Origin: the human T2T-CHM13v2.0 reference genome, Homo sapiens
DNA: 64,000 bases
Direction: 5' to 3' (one strand)
Assembly: GCF_009914755.1 (NCBI RefSeq)
Contig: NC_060947.1
Below are positions 25,519-40,700 of the stretch, in pieces; the first letter of the stretch is position 1, and every line of letters starts with the position of its first letter. The translations under genes were made by a program, and so were the position numbers. The notes below the pieces were generated by a model, which saw only the letters and a list, made by a program, of their open reading frames with translations, had not been told where the DNA came from and did no database searches.

Positions 25519-27757
25519 TGATTAGTCTGATTTCATACTGCTATAAAGAACTGCCCAAGACTGGGCAATTTATAAGGGAAAGAAATTTAATTGACTCACA
25601 GTTCAGCACAGCTGGGGAAGCCATGGTAAACTTACAATCATGGCGAAGTTGAAGAGGGAGCAAGGCACCATCTTCACAAGGTGGTAGGAAGAAGAAGTGC
25701 TGAGTGAAGGGGGAAGGGCCCCTTATAAAACCATCAGATCTCATGGGAACTCACTATCATGAGAACAGCATGAGGGAAACTGCCCCAATGAGCCAATTAC
25801 TTCCACCTGGTCTCTACCTTGACATTTGGGGATTATGGGGATTATAATTCAAAATGAGATTTGGGTGGGGACACAAAGCCTAACCATATAATTCTGCCCC
25901 TGGCCCCTCCCAAATCTCATGCCCTTTCATGTTTCAAAACCAATCATGCCTTCCCAAAGTCTTCATTAATTCCAGTAGTAACACAAAAGTCCAAGACCAA
26001 AGTCTCATCTAAGATAAGGCAAGTCTCTTCTGTCTATGAGCCTGTAAAATCAAAAGAAAGTTAGTGACTTCCTAGTCACTAGGAAGTCTAAGTGGTACAG
26101 GCACTGGATAAATGCAGTCATTCCAAATGGGAGAAATTGGCCAAAACAAAGGGGCTACAGGCCCCATGGACCAAAATCCAGCAGGGGAGTCAAATATTAA
26201 AGCTCTGAAATGATCTTCTTTGACTCCATGTCTCATATCCAGGTTACACTGATGCAAGAGGTGGGCTCCCACCATCTTGGGCAGCCCTGACCCTGTGGCT
26301 TTGCAGAGTACAGCCCCCATCCCTGCTTCTCTTATGGGCTGGCATTGAGTGTCTGTGGCTTTTCCAGGCACATGGTGCAAGCTGTCGGTAGATCTACCAT
26401 TCTGGGGTCTAGAGGATGGTGGCCCTCTTCTCACAGCTCCACTAAGCAGTGCCCTAGAGGGGACTCTGTGTGTGGGCTCTGGCCCCACATTTCCCTTCTA
26501 CAATGCACTAGCAGAGTTTCTGCATGAGGACTCCACCTCTGCACCAGACTTCTTCCTGGACAACCAGGCATTTCCATACACACTCTGAAATCTAGGCAGT
26601 GGTTCCCTAACCTCATTTCTTGACCTCTGCACACCCACAGGTCCAACACCATGTGAAAGCTCTCAAGGCTTGGGGCTTTCACCCTCTGAAGCAACAGCCT
26701 GAGCTGTACTTTGGCTCCTTTTAGCCACAGCTGAAGTGGCTGGGACACAGGGCACCAATTCCCAAAGCTGCGCACAACATGGGGACCCTGGACCTGACCC
26801 AGAATGCCATTTTTTCCTTCTAGATCTCTGGGCCTGTGATGGGAGGGGCTGCAATGAAGGTGTCTCACATGGCCTGGAGACATTTTCCCATCGTCTTGGT
26901 GATTAACACTTGGCTCCTTTTTACTTATGCATATTTATTTGCCAGGCCTGAATTTCTTCCCAGAAAATGTGTTTTGTTTTTGACTGCATTGTCAGGCTGC
27001 AAATTTTTCAATCTTTTATGCTCTGCTTCCCTTTTAAACATAAGTTCCTATTTCAGATTATTTCTATCAAGTTCAAAGCTCCACAGATAGCAAGGCCTGG
27101 AGCAAAATGCCACCAGTCTCTTTGCTAAAGCACAGCAAGAGTTACCTCTTCTTCACCCAAAACCACCTCAGTCTGGACTTCATTACTCATATCACTATCA
27201 GCATTTTGGTCAAAACCATTCAACAAGACTCTAGGAAGTTCCAAACCTTCCACATCTTCCTGTCTTTTTCTAAGCCCTCCAAGCTGTTCCATTCTCTGTC
27301 TGTTACCCAGTTCCAAAGTTGCTTCCACATTTTTGTGTATTTCTATAGCAGCACCCTACTCCCTGTAGTATCAATTTATTGTATTTGTCCATGTTAATAC
27401 TGCTATAAACAACTGCCTGAGACTGGGTAATTTATAAAGAAAATAGATTTAATTGACCGCTGTTCATCTTGGCTGGAGAGGATTCAGAAAACTTACAATC
27501 AAGACAAAAAGAAAAGAGGAAGCAAGACACCTTTTTTACGAGGCAAAAGAAAGGAGAAGTGTAGAGAAAAAAGAGAAGAGCCCCTTAGAAAACCATCAGA
27601 TCTCCATGAGCGCTCACTAGGTATTACAAGAACAGAATGGGGGAAGCTGCCCCATGATTCAATTACCTCCACCTTGCATCTCCCCTGACATTTGGGGATT
27701 ATGTGGATTATAACTCAAGATGAGATATGTGTGGGAACACAAAGCCTAACCATATCA
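25519..27757 (-). mobile_element. Full-length THE1D MaLR (LTRs 25519-25891 and 27380-27757)
   Basis: Two homologous LTRs, a MaLR internal region, and a perfect 5-bp TSD CTAGG (25514-25518 and 27758-27762). Confidence 0.92.
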
Positions 27758-28120
27758 CTAGGTAATAATTAATATAATGCATATGACAATTGCTCCACTT
27801 AAATAATATAGATTGGCAGAATGGATAAAAGAAACAAAACCAAATATCTGCTGTCTTCAAGATACCTAAAATGTAAGAATTCATATAAACTCAAGGTAAA
27901 GGGGTGGAAGATATTCCATGCAAATAAAAATAAAAACCAAAAGCAGGCAGTAGTAGCTATTCTTGTATCAGATAAAACAGACTTTAAAGCAACAGCAATA
28001 ATAAAAGACAAAGGGGGTCATTATATAATGATAAAAGGATCATTCCAACAAGAAGACATTACAATTCTAATTATATATATACCTAACATTGAAGATCCCA
28101 GATTCATAAAACAATTACTA

Positions 28121-31100
28121 GGGAAGAGCAAGATGGCTGACTAGATGCACACAAGTGGAACAGCTCCCATGGAGGGACTGAGACTGCTGGCATGCTTTTA
28201 AAAGATATTTAGAGGGAAGGTGCTGAGAGTGGGCAGAGAAAAGACACAGAAGCTAGGCTGAAGGGGAAGAAAACTGGGAACCCCTCATTGGTTACTGTGC
28301 ACAGAGACTCATTTTTTAACCACAACAACTCCAGCAGAATGGAGGAGTTTACCTGGCAAGGAGCAACCCACTCTCAAAACAGAACTTTGGGACCCCAAAA
28401 GAAGGGGACCCATTGACCACAGCAGACACTTAAGGTGGCAGGGAAGGCTGCTCATTTAAGTGGTGGGGCAGCAAGCTAGATGATGTGAAGCCTATAGGGT
28501 TTGGTGTGGTAGCATCTCTAGTGGAGCATGATCAGAGATGGCCATCGCTCTAGGCTTGTCTTGCTCCCATAAGAGATGTTAGTCCTAGGGGAACTGTCGG
28601 ACCTTGTCTTTGCAGGGCAGTCTTGCACTAAGATGGGGCTGGCCCAATCTGAGCACTCCTTGGTCTGCTGGCCTCTCCCAGGGCCACGGCCTGGCCATGC
28701 CTGCTTAACAGGGAAGTCTTGGGTGACCCGGGGGCACACATCATAGCTTCTACAACAGTGGATTGTGCCTGATCAATAGAGAGCTCCAGCGAGGTGGCTT
28801 CTACATCCATGAACGAGCCCACATGTTCCCTCCTGATACTGCAGCTTCCCCAAAGCCCACAGCATCTCCCCACAGGTGTGTGTCTATATGGGAAGGTTTT
28901 GCTTTACTTGCCTTTCCAGCACGCAGAAGTGTAGTCCACCACCAGCACCCCCGCAACTAATCACCATCACAGATACAGCCTTGGTGGGCACAGAGCCAGC
29001 AAACCCAGCCCCTGAATGTACCACACCCTTGTGCTAAAACTGCACAGAGAACAGTGGACCTTTTTACAACCTGAGTAATCACAACTGCTTGCAGGTCACA
29101 GAAAGGACACCCAGACCAGTGCCAGCCAGCACTCCAACCCAAACCAACACCACCTTCAGTGCAATGGTGCACACAGTCTCCAACAGGAGCCCCCTGCATC
29201 CCCCAGAGTTTTCTTGCATCTGCCACTGTGGTGAATGCCTGCAGGGAGGCAGGCACACCTGCATTTACTAGCACTCTACTGCAGGTGCTTCCACTCTCCG
29301 CACCTTCTGGTGCAGTGGACTCCATAACTCAAGGAGACAGAGAACAATGTCTGGAACTGATACAAGTCCCCCACTTCGAGCATGAAGTCCAGGAGTTGAG
29401 AGCTGATCCTTGGTCCCCCTAAAACCTCCAGGAAATGAACCCAGTTAGCTGAATCCACCTTATGACACAATCAAACCCTCAAGGTCATCAAATAGCATAA
29501 AAGAGAAAAAATTCATAGGTTAGCAATCTCAAAGATAGAAGGTAAATAAACCCACAAACATGAGAAAGAAAAGTGTAAGAAAGTTGAAAACTCAAAAAGT
29601 TAGAGTGCCCTCTTTCTTGCAAATGACTGCATCATCTCTCTAGCAAGGATTCAGAACTGGGCTGAGGCTGAGATGGCTGGAATGATACCCAATACAAAGA
29701 GCTAAAAACCATAATAAAACAATGCAGGATCTGACAGAAAAAATAGCCAGTCTAGAGAAGAAAATAACTGACCTGATAGAGCCAAAAAACACACTACAAG
29801 AATTTCTTAATGCAATCACAAGAATTAAGAGCAGAATAGACCAAGCAGAGGAAAGAATCTCTGAGTTCAAAGACTGGATTTCTGAAATAAGATCGGCAAA
29901 CAAGAATAGGGAAAAAATAAATAAAAAGAAAGAACAAGACCTCCAAGGAATATAGAATTATGTAAAAAGAAAATAATCTATAACTGATTGGTGTCCCAGA
30001 AAAAAGATGGGGAAAATGGAACCAACTTGGAAAACATAGTCAGGATATCATCCATGAGGACTTTCCAAAACTCGCTAGAAAGGCCAACATTCAAATTCAG
30101 GAAATGCAGAGAACCCAAGTAAGATACTTCACAAAAAGATCATCCTCAAGACACATAATCATTAGATTCCCCAAGGGTGAAATTAAAGAAAAAATGTTAA
30201 AGACAGCTAGAAATAATAGTTAGGTCACCTACACAGGAAGCTCATCAGACTAACAGCAGACCTCGCAGCTGAAACACTGGAAGCCAGAAGAGATTGGGGG
30301 ACAGTATTCAACATTCCAACCCAGAATTTCATGTTTGGTTGAACAAAGCTTCATAAGCAAATGAGAAATAAGATCCTTTTCGAACAAGCAAATGCTGAGG
30401 AAATTTGTTGCCCCCAGACTGACTTTACAACAGCTTTTGAAGGAACCACTAAATATGGGGAGGAAAGACCATTATCAGTCATTAAAAAAACACACTGAAG
30501 TACACAGACCATTGACACTATAAAGCAACCATATAACCAAGTCTGCAATATAACCAGTTAACATCATTATGACAGGATCAAATCAACACATATAAATACT
30601 AACTTTAAATGTAGATGGAATAAATGCTCCAATTAAAAGACTCAGAATGGCAATCCGGATAAAGAACCAAGACCTATTGGTACAATTTCTTCGAGAGACC
30701 CATCTCACATGCAATGACACAGAGAGGCTCAAAATAAAGGAATAAAGAAAAATCTACCAAGCAAATGGAAAACAGAAAAAAAGCAGAATTTGTAATCCTA
30801 ATTTCTGACAAAATAGACTTTATAACAACAAAAATTAAAAAAGACAAGGGAATTGCATAGTGACAAAGGGTTAAATTCAACAAGAAGAGTTAACTATTCT
30901 AAATATGTATGGACTGAAACACAGGAACACTCAGATTCATAAAGCAATTTATTAGAGACCTACAAAGAGACTTAGAGTCTCACACAGTAATAGTGGGAGA
31001 CTTTAACACCCCAGTGACAATATTAAACAGATAATCAAGACAGAATATTAATAAAGATATTCAGAACCTAAACTGGATCAAATGAACCTTATAGGTAACT

Positions 31101-34100
31101 ATGAAACTTTCCACCTAAAAACAACAGAATATAAAATCTTCTCATTGCCACATAGAACATACTCTAAAATCTATCATATAATTGGAGTTAAAACACTCCT
31201 CAGCAAATATAAAAGAGCTGTAATCCTAACAAACAGTCTTTTAGACCACAGCACCATTAAATCAGAAATCAAGACTAAGAAATTTACTCAAATCCCTACA
31301 ATTACATGGAAATTGAATAACCTGCTCCGAAATAACTTTTAGATAAATAATAAAATTAAGGCAGAAATCTTTGAAATAATGAAGACCAAGCTACACCATA
31401 CCAAAATCTCTGGGACAAAGCAAATGCAGTGGTGAGAGGGAAATTTATAGTGTTAAATCTCCACATCAAAAAGTTAGAACGATTTCACATTAACAACCTA
31501 ACATCACAATTAAAAGAGCTAGAGAGCCAAGAGCAAACAAATCTCAATGCTAGCGGAAGACAAGAAATAACTGAAATCAGAGCTGAACTGAAAGAGCCAG
31601 AGACACACAGAAATTCCAAAGATCAATGAATCCACGTGCTGTTTTTTTTTTAAAAAATAAAATATATAGACTGCTAGCTAGAGTAATAAAGAACAAAAAA
31701 GAGAGAAGATTCAAATAAACACAATCAGAAATAACAAGGGACATATTACCACTGACCTCATAGAAATACAACCATCAAAGAATATTATGAAGACCTCTAT
31801 ATGCATAAACTAGAAAATACAGACAAAATAGATGAATTACTGGATGTATACAACCTCCCAGGAATGAACCAGTAAGAAAATGAATTCCTGAGAAGACCAA
31901 TAACAAGCTGTAAAATTGAGTCAGTAATAAATAGCCTCCCAACCAAAGAAAAGCCCAGAACCAGATGAATTCACAGCTGAAATTTGCCAGAAGTATAAAG
32001 AAGAGCTGATACCATTATGGCTGTAAATATTCCAAAACTATGAGGAGAAGGGACTCCTCTCTAAGTCATTCCATGAAGCCAGCATTATTCTGATATCAAA
32101 ACCTGGCAGAGATACAACCAAAAAGAAAACTTCAGGCTAATATCCTTGATGAATATAGATACAATAATTCTCAACAAAATACTAGCAAACTGAATCGATC
32201 AATACATCAAGATGCTTATGCACCACAATCAAGTAGGCTTTATCCCTGGGATTGAAGATTTATTCAACATATGCCAATCAATTTATGTGATTTAGCACAT
32301 AAACAGAACTAAATACAAAAAACACATGATTATTTCCCTAGATGCCAAAAAGGCTTTCAACAAAATTCAACATTGATTTATGTTAAAAACTTACAATGAA
32401 GTAGTTATGGAAGAAACATACCTAAAAATTATAAGAGCCATGTATGACAAACCCATAGCTAATATCATACTGAATGGGCAAAAACTTCAAGCATTTCCCT
32501 TGAAAACAGGCACAAGACAAGGATGCCCTCTCATCACTCCTATTAAACATAGTATTGGAAAGGCTTACTAAGGGCAATCAGGCAAATGAAAGAAACTATC
32601 CCTGTTTGCAGATGACATAATCCTATATGTAGAAAACCCCATAGACTCAGCCCAAAAGCTTCTTAAGCTGATAAACAACTTCAGCAAAGTCACAAGATAC
32701 AAAATTACTGTGCAAAAATTACTAGCATTCCTATACACTAACAACAGTCAAGTCAAGATCCAAATCAGGAATCTACTCCCATTTACGATTGTTACAAAGA
32801 GAATAAAACACCTAGGAATACAGCTATCTGGGGGGGTGAAAGATCTCTACAAGTAGAACTATAAAACACAGCTCCTTGAAGTCAGAGATGCTACAAACAA
32901 ATGGAAAAACATTCCATGCTTATGAATAGGAAGAATCAATATTGTAAAAATGAACATACGGCCCAAAGCGATGTATAAATTCAACAATATGCCTATCAAA
33001 CGACTCATGACATTCTTCTCAGAACTAGAAAACACCATCTAAAAATTCATATAGAACTACAAAAAAGCCAGAATAGCCAAGGTAATCCTAAACAAACAAA
33101 CAAACAAACAAAAAAAACCAAAAAACAAAAAACAAAGCTGGAGGCATCACGCTACCCAACTTCAAACTATACTACAGGGCTACAGTAACCCAAACAACAT
33201 GGGACTGGTACAAAAACAGAAACACAGACCAATGGAACAGAATAAAGAACCTGGAAATAATATTGCACACTTACAACTATGTGTTCTTTGACAAACCTAA
33301 CAAAAACGAGCAATGGGAAAGGGATTCTGTATTCAATAAATGGTGCTGGGATAACTGGCTAGCCATATGCAGAAGATTAAAACTGGACCCCTTCCTTACA
33401 CCATATACAAAAATTAACTCAAAATGGATTAAATACTTAAATGAAAAACCCAAATCTATAAAAATCCTGGAAGATAACTTAGGCAGTACCATTCAAGACA
33501 TGGGCACAGGTAAAGATTTTACAACGAAGTCTTCAAAAGCAATTGCAAGAAAAGCAAAAATTGACAAATGGGATCTGATTAAACTAAAGAGCTTCTGCAC
33601 AGCAAAATAAACCATCAGCAGAGTAGGCAGACAACCTACAGAATGGTAGAAAATTTTTGCAAACTATGCATCTCACAAAGGTCTAATATCCAGCATCTAT
33701 AAGGAAGTTAAACAAATTTACAAAGAAAAACCTCATTAAAATAGTGGGCACAGTACATGAAAGATACTTTGGAAAAGAAGACATACATGTGGCCAGCAAT
33801 CATATGAAAAAAAGCTCAACATCACTGATTATTAGTGAAATGCAAATCAAAACCAAAATGAGATAGCATGTCACACCAGTCACAATGGCAATTATTAAAA
33901 AGTCAAAACATAACAAATGCTGGCATACATATACAGTGTTGTTTGGAGTGTAAATTTGTTCAACCATTGTGGAAGACAGTGTGGCAATTCCTCAAAGACC
34001 TAAAGACAGAAATACCATTCAACCCAGCAATCTCATTACTGTCTATATACTCAAAGGAGTATAAATCTTTCTATTATAAAGACACATGCACACATATGTT

Positions 34101-34560
34101 CATTGTAGCACTATTCACAGTAGCAAAGACATGAAATCAACTTAAACGCTCATCAGTAATAAACAGTATAAAAATAATGTGGTACATAGACACCATAGAA
34201 TACTATTCAGCCATAAAAGAATGAGATCATGTCCTTTGCAGGGACATGGATGGAGTTGGAGGCAATTATCCTTAGGAAACAAATGCAGGAACAGAAGACC
34301 AAATGCCACATGTTCTCATTTCGAAGTGAGTGCTAAACTATGACAACATGTGGACACATAGAGGGGAAAAAAACACAACGGGGTTTTTCAGAGGGTGGAA
34401 TGTGGAAGGAGGGAGAAGATCAGAAAAATAACTAATGGATACTGGGCTTAATACCTGGGTGATAAAATAATCTGCACAACAATCCCCTATGACAAAAGTT
34501 TACCTATGTAACAAACTAGCACTTGTACCCCGGAATTAAAATAAAAGGTAAAAAAAAATA
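28121..34560 (+). mobile_element. Full-length L1P (L1PA13/14/L1PREC2-like), ORFs disrupted
   Basis: 5' GGGAAGAGCAAGATGGC, ORF1 ATG ~29560, ORF2 ATGACAGGATCAAAT at 30569, polyA tail. Degenerate TSD AAAACAATTACTA/AAAAAAAATACTA. Confidence 0.9.
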
Positions 34561-35451
34561 CTACAAGACCTAAAAAATGAGGTAGATAGCAATACAATAG
34601 TAGTGGAAGACTTCAATAATCCACTGGTAGCAGTAGACAGATTGAGACAGTCAACAATAACAACAACAATGACAACAACAAAATGTACTTAAAACTACAC
34701 TCTACAATAAATGAACTTAACAGATGTTTATGGATCATTCTACCTGAGAACTGCAGAGTATACATTCTTCTCACCAGCACTTGGAGCACTCTTCAATATA
34801 ATCCATATAATTGACCACAAAACAAGTCTCAATAAATTAAAAAAATCAAAATCATATCAAGTATATTTTCAGACCACAGTGAAATAAAACTAGAAATCAA
34901 CTTCAAAAGGAACTCCTCAAACTTTACACATACATGAAAATTAAACAATTTGTTTCTGAATGATTTTTGAGATAAAAAAATTAAGATGAAAAATTTTTTA
35001 AGTCTTTGAAATGAATGATAATAGTGATACTGATTACCAAAACCTCTGGGATCCAGCAAAAGCAGTGCTAAGAGGAAAGTTTGACCACAAATTGACAATC
35101 TAGTATCATGCCTCAAGGAACAAGGCAAGAAAGAACAACCTAACTCAAAGCAAGCAGAAGGAAAGGAATAACAAAGATCAGAGCAGAAGTAAATGAAATT
35201 CAAACAAACATAAAATACAAAAGATCAATGAAACAAAAAGCTATTGTTCCTTGAAAAGATAAACAAAATTGATAGACCATTAGCAAAATTAGCTAAGAAA
35301 AGAAGAAATTCATATAAACTGAATTATAAGTGAAACTGGGGACATTCCAAATGACACCACAAAAACACAAAATATCATTTGAGACTGCTATGAACACTAT
35401 TATATACACAAACTGGAAAACTTAGAGGAAATGGATAAATTCCTGGAAACG

Positions 35452-37799
35452 TGTATTAGTCTGTTCTCACACTGCTAACAAAGACATACCCAAGACTGGG
35501 TAATTTATATAGGAAAGAGGTTAAATTGATTCACAGTTCCACATGGCTGTGGAAGCCTTACAATCATGGTGAAAGGTGAATGAGGACTAAAGTCATGTCT
35601 TACATGGTGTCAGGCAAGAGAGCATGTGCAGGGGAACTCCCCTTTATAAAACCATCAAACCTGTGAGACTTATTCACTATCATGAGAACAGCATGGGAAA
35701 AACCCACCCCAATGGTTCAATTACCTCCTATTGGGTCCATCCCATAACACATGTGAATTCTTACAATTCAAGATGATATCTGGCTGGGGACACAGAGCTA
35801 AACTATATCATTCCACCCCTGGCGCCTCCCAAATCTCACGTCCTCATATTTCAAAACCAGTCATGCCTTCCCAACACTTCCCCCATTGTCTTAACTCATT
35901 TCAGCACTAACTCAAAAGGAACTAACTCCACAGTCTAAAGTCTCATCTGAGACAAGGCAAGTATCTTCCACCTAGGGGACTGTAAAATCTAAAGCACGTT
36001 AGTTATTTTCTAGATACAATGGGGGGTACAGGCATTGGGTAGATACATTCATTCCAAATGGGAGAAATTGGCCAAAACAAGGGCTACAGGCCCCATGCAA
36101 GTCCAAAATCTAGCAGGGCTGCCAAATCTTAAAGCTATGAAATGTTCTCCTTTGACTCCATGTCTCACATCTAGGTCACACTGATCCAAGAGGTGGGTTC
36201 ACATGGTCTTGTCAGTTCTTCCCTGTGGCTTTGTAGGGAACAGTCCCCATCCCAGCTGCTTTCCTGGGCTGGTATTGAGTGTCTGAAGCTTTTCCAGGCA
36301 CACAGTGCAAGCTGTAGGTGGATCTACCATTCTGGGATCTGGAAGATGGTGGCCCTCTTTTCACAGCTCCACGAGGCAGTGCCCCAGTGGGGACTCTGTG
36401 TGGGAGCTTCAAATCCACATTTCCCTTACACACTGCCCTAGCAGAGGTTCTCCATGAGGGCCCCACCCCTAGAGCAAACTTCTGCCCAGACATCCAGGTG
36501 TTTCCATACATCCTGTAAAATCTAGGCAGAGGTTCCCAAACCTCAGTTCTTGATTTCTGTGCACCTGCAGGCCCAACACCATGGGGAAGCCACCAAGGCT
36601 TGTGGCTTGCACCCTCTGAAGCAATAGCCTGAGCTGTACATTGGCCATATTTAGCCACAGTTGGAGATGCTGAAATGCAGGAGACCAAGTCCCTAGGGTG
36701 TACAAAGCATGGGGTCCCCAGGCCTGGCCCACAAAACCATTTTTTCTTCCTAGGCCTCCAGGTCTGTGATGGGAGGGGCTGCCATGAAGGTCTCTGACAT
36801 GCCCTGAAGATATTTTCCCCATCATATTGGTGATTAACATTTGGCTCCTCATTACTTATGCAAATTTCAGCAGCTGGCTTGAATTTCTCCTCAGAAAATG
36901 GGTTTTTATTTTCTGTCTCATTGTGAGGCTGCAAATTTTCTAAATGTTTATGCTCTGCTTCTCTTTTAAACATAAGTTTCAATTCCAAACCATATGTTTG
37001 TGAATACATAAAACTTATGATTTTAACAGCATCCAAGTCACCTCTTGAACTCTTTGTTTCTTAGAAATTTCTTCCACCAGATACCCTAAATCATGTCTCT
37101 CAAGTTCAAAGTTCTGCAGATTTCTAGGGAAGGGGCAAAATGCCACCAACCTCTGTGCTAAAACATAGCAAGAGTCACCTTTACTACAGTCCCCAACAAC
37201 TTCTTCACCTCCATCTGAGACCACCTCATCCTGGACTTCATTGTCCATATCATTATCAGCATTTTGGTCAAAGCCATTCAACAAGTCTCTAGGAAGTTTC
37301 AAACCTTCCCACATCTGCCTGTATTTTTCTGAGCACTCCAAGCTGTTCCAACATTTGCCTGTTAACCAGTTCCAAAGCCACTTCCACTTTTTGGGTATCT
37401 TTACAGCAGTGTCTTACTACTCAGTACAAATTTACTGTATTAGTCTGTTCTCAGGCTGCTAATAAATACATATCCATGATTGGGTAATTGATTGATAAAG
37501 GAATGAGGTTTAATTGATTTACAGTTGCACATGGCTGGGGTGGCCTCACAATTATGGCAGGAGGCAAATGAGGAGCAAAGTCGTGTCTTACATACCAGCA
37601 GGCAAGAGAGCATGTTTAGAACTCCCTTTTATAAAACCATCAGATCTTGTGAGAATTTTTACTATCACAAGAATAGCACGGGAAAAACACACCCCCATTA
37701 TTGATTCAATTATCTGCCACTGGGTCTCTCCCACAACATGCGGGGATTATTACAATTCAAGGTGGGATTTGTGTGGGGATGCAGAGCCAAACCATATCA
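35452..37799 (-). mobile_element. Full-length THE1C-like MaLR (LTRs 35452-35810 and 37436-37799)
   Basis: Two LTRs (TGTATTAGTC...ATATCA) around a ~1.6-kb internal region carrying MaLR ORF remnants (36212-37036, 37015-37341). Confidence 0.92.
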
Positions 37800-40700
37800 A
37801 CATGTACCCCCCTAGATTATATCAGGAAGATATATAATCTCTTAATCTCTTAGAAGATTAATAACAAGCAGTGAGATTGAATCAGTAATAAAAAATTACC
37901 AACCAAAAAAGCCAAGGCCAGATGGAGTTAAAGCTGAATCCTATCAGGTGTTCAAAGAGGAATTGGTATCAATCCTACTAAAACTATTCCAAAAGATTAA
38001 GAAAGATGGAATCCTTCCCAATTCATTCTATGAAGCCAGTATTACTCTGATACCAAAATCAGAAGAGGATATAGCAAAATAAGAAAACGAAACCAACATC
38101 CTTGATGAACATACATGCAAATTCTCAACAAATTACTAGCTAGCCTAATCAAACAGCAAACCAAAAAGATAATATACAATCATCAGTGGGTTTCATCCCA
38201 GGGATGCAGGGGTGGTTTAACATACACAAGTCAATAAATGCAATACTCACATAAACAGAATTAAAAAGAAAAACTATATGATAATCTCAACAGATACAGA
38301 ATAAGCATTCAAAAAAATCCAGCATCCCTTTATAATAAAAATCCTCAACAAACTAGGCATAGAAGGGACTCAACTTAAATTAATAAAAGTCATATGTGAC
38401 AAACCCACAGCCAACATACTGAATGTAGTGCAGTTGAAAGAATCCTTTCTGAAAACTGGAACAAGACAAGGATGGCCACTTTTACTACTTCTATTCAACA
38501 TAGTATTTGAAGTCCTAGCCAGAGAATTGAGGCAAGAGGTATAAATAAAAGGCATCCAAATTGGAAAAGAGAAAGTCAAACTATCACTATTAGCCAATGA
38601 TATAATTATATACCTAGAAAACTTTATAGCTTCCTCCAGAAGACTCCTAGATTTCAAAAACGAATTCAGTAAAGTCTCAGGTTACAAAGTCAATGTACAC
38701 AAATCAGTAGCACTTCTATACACCAACAATGATCAAGCTGAAAATAAAATGAAGAACTCAATCCCTTTTACAATAGGTGCAAAAAATAAAATAAAATATC
38801 TAAGAATATATTTAACCAAGAAGGTAAAAATCTCTATAAGGAGAACTACAAAACATTGCTGAAAGAAGCCATAGATGACTGAAACAAATGGAAACACTTC
38901 CCATGCTCATTGATTGGAAAAATCAATATTGTGAAAATGACCCTACTGCCCAAAGCCATCTAGAGATTCAATGCAATTCTATCAAAATACCAACATCATT
39001 TTTCATAGAACTAGAAAAAACAATAATCCTTAAAATTCATATGGGACCAAAAAAGAGCTCAAGTAACCAAAGCAAATCCTTAGCAAAAAGAACAAATACA
39101 GAGGCATCTCATTACCAAATTTCAAGTAATACTACAAGGCTGTAGTTACCAAAACAGCATGGTGCTGGTATAAAAGTAGACATATAGACCAATGAACAAG
39201 AATCGATAACCCAGAAATAAAACTAAATACAACCAACTGATGTTCAACAAAGCATACAATAACATAATTTGGGGAAGAGACACCCTATTAATAAATGGTG
39301 CTGGGAAAACTGGCTAGCCACATGCAGAAGACTGAAACTGTATTCCTATCTCTCACCTTATAGAAAAATCAACTCAAGATGGATTAAAGACTTAAATCCA
39401 ACACCTAAAACCATACAAAATTTTAGAAAATAACATTGTAAAAACTCTTCTGGACAGTGCCCTAGAAAAATAATTTATGTCTTAAACCCCAAAAGACAAT
39501 GCAACAGCAATAAAAACAAAAATAAATGGGACCTGATTGAATTTAAAAGCTTCTGCGTGGCGAAACAAATAATCAGCAAACAGACAAAAAGTGGGAGAAA
39601 ATATTTTCAAACTGCATCCAGCAAAGGACTAGTATCTAAAATCTACAAGAACTTAAACAAGTCAGCAAGAAAAAGTCAAATAATCCCATCAACAACTGGA
39701 CAAATGATATAAATAGGCATTTCTCAAAAGAAGATATGCAAATGACGAAAAAATGTATGAGAAAAATACTCAACATCACTAATCACCAGAGAAATACAAA
39801 TTAAAACCACAATGAGGTACCACCTTAGTTCTGAAAGAATGGCCATTATGAAAAATTCAAAAACAATAGATGTTGATATAGATGTGATGAAAGAGGAATG
39901 CTTATACACTGGTGGTGGGAATGTAAATTAGTGCAATCTGTATAGAAAACAGTGTGGAAATTCTTAAAGAACTTAAAGTAGATCTACCATTTGATCCTGC
40001 AATCCCGCTACTGGGTATCTACCCAAAGGAAAATAAGTCATTATCAAAAAAAAAAAAAAAAACATGCATGTATAAGTTTATTGCAGTCCAATTCACAATT
40101 GCAAAGACATGGAACCAACCTAAGTGGCCATCGATCAATGAGTGGATAAAAAAATGTGGTATATACGAACAATGAAATACTACTCAAATAAAAAGGAATA
40201 AAATAATGTCTTTTGCAGCAACTTGGATGGATCTGGAGGTCATTATTCTAAGTGAAGTACCTTAGAAATGGGAAACCAAAAACCTTATGTTCTCATTTAT
40301 AAGTGGGAGCTAAATTATGAGTACATAGAAGCATACAGAGTGATATAACAGACTTTGGAGATTCAGGAGGGGGAAGGTAAAGGGGAAGTGTGAGATAAAA
40401 AAACTACATATTGGCTACAGAGTACACTATTCAGGTGATGGGTACATTAAATCTCAGAATTCACCACTATTTAATTCATCTGTGTAACCAAAAACACTTG
40501 TACCACAAAAGCTATTGAAATAAAAAAAAATAAAAGAGCAAAATAAATAAATAAGTTAATTAATTAATATTATCTTGAAGTGAAATAAACAGCGTGAATG
40601 CAAGGTACAGGTGAAGAAAGCAAAGTTTTAAGCATCAAAGTAGAAAAATATAGCTCTGATTACTTTAATTTCAAGGTAGAGGGTGTTGATAATGAACTTA

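Larger units (their letters stand above)
21925..40535 (+). mobile_element. Full-length L1PB (L1PB3-like 3' end), interrupted three times
   Basis: 5'UTR begins CCAAGATG. ORF1 remnant ~24440-25460. ORF2 pieces at 27763-28120, 34564-35451 and 37800-~40300 join colinearly. The 3'UTR ends AGCTATTGAAATAAAA. About 7.6 kb after removing inserts. Confidence 0.88.
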
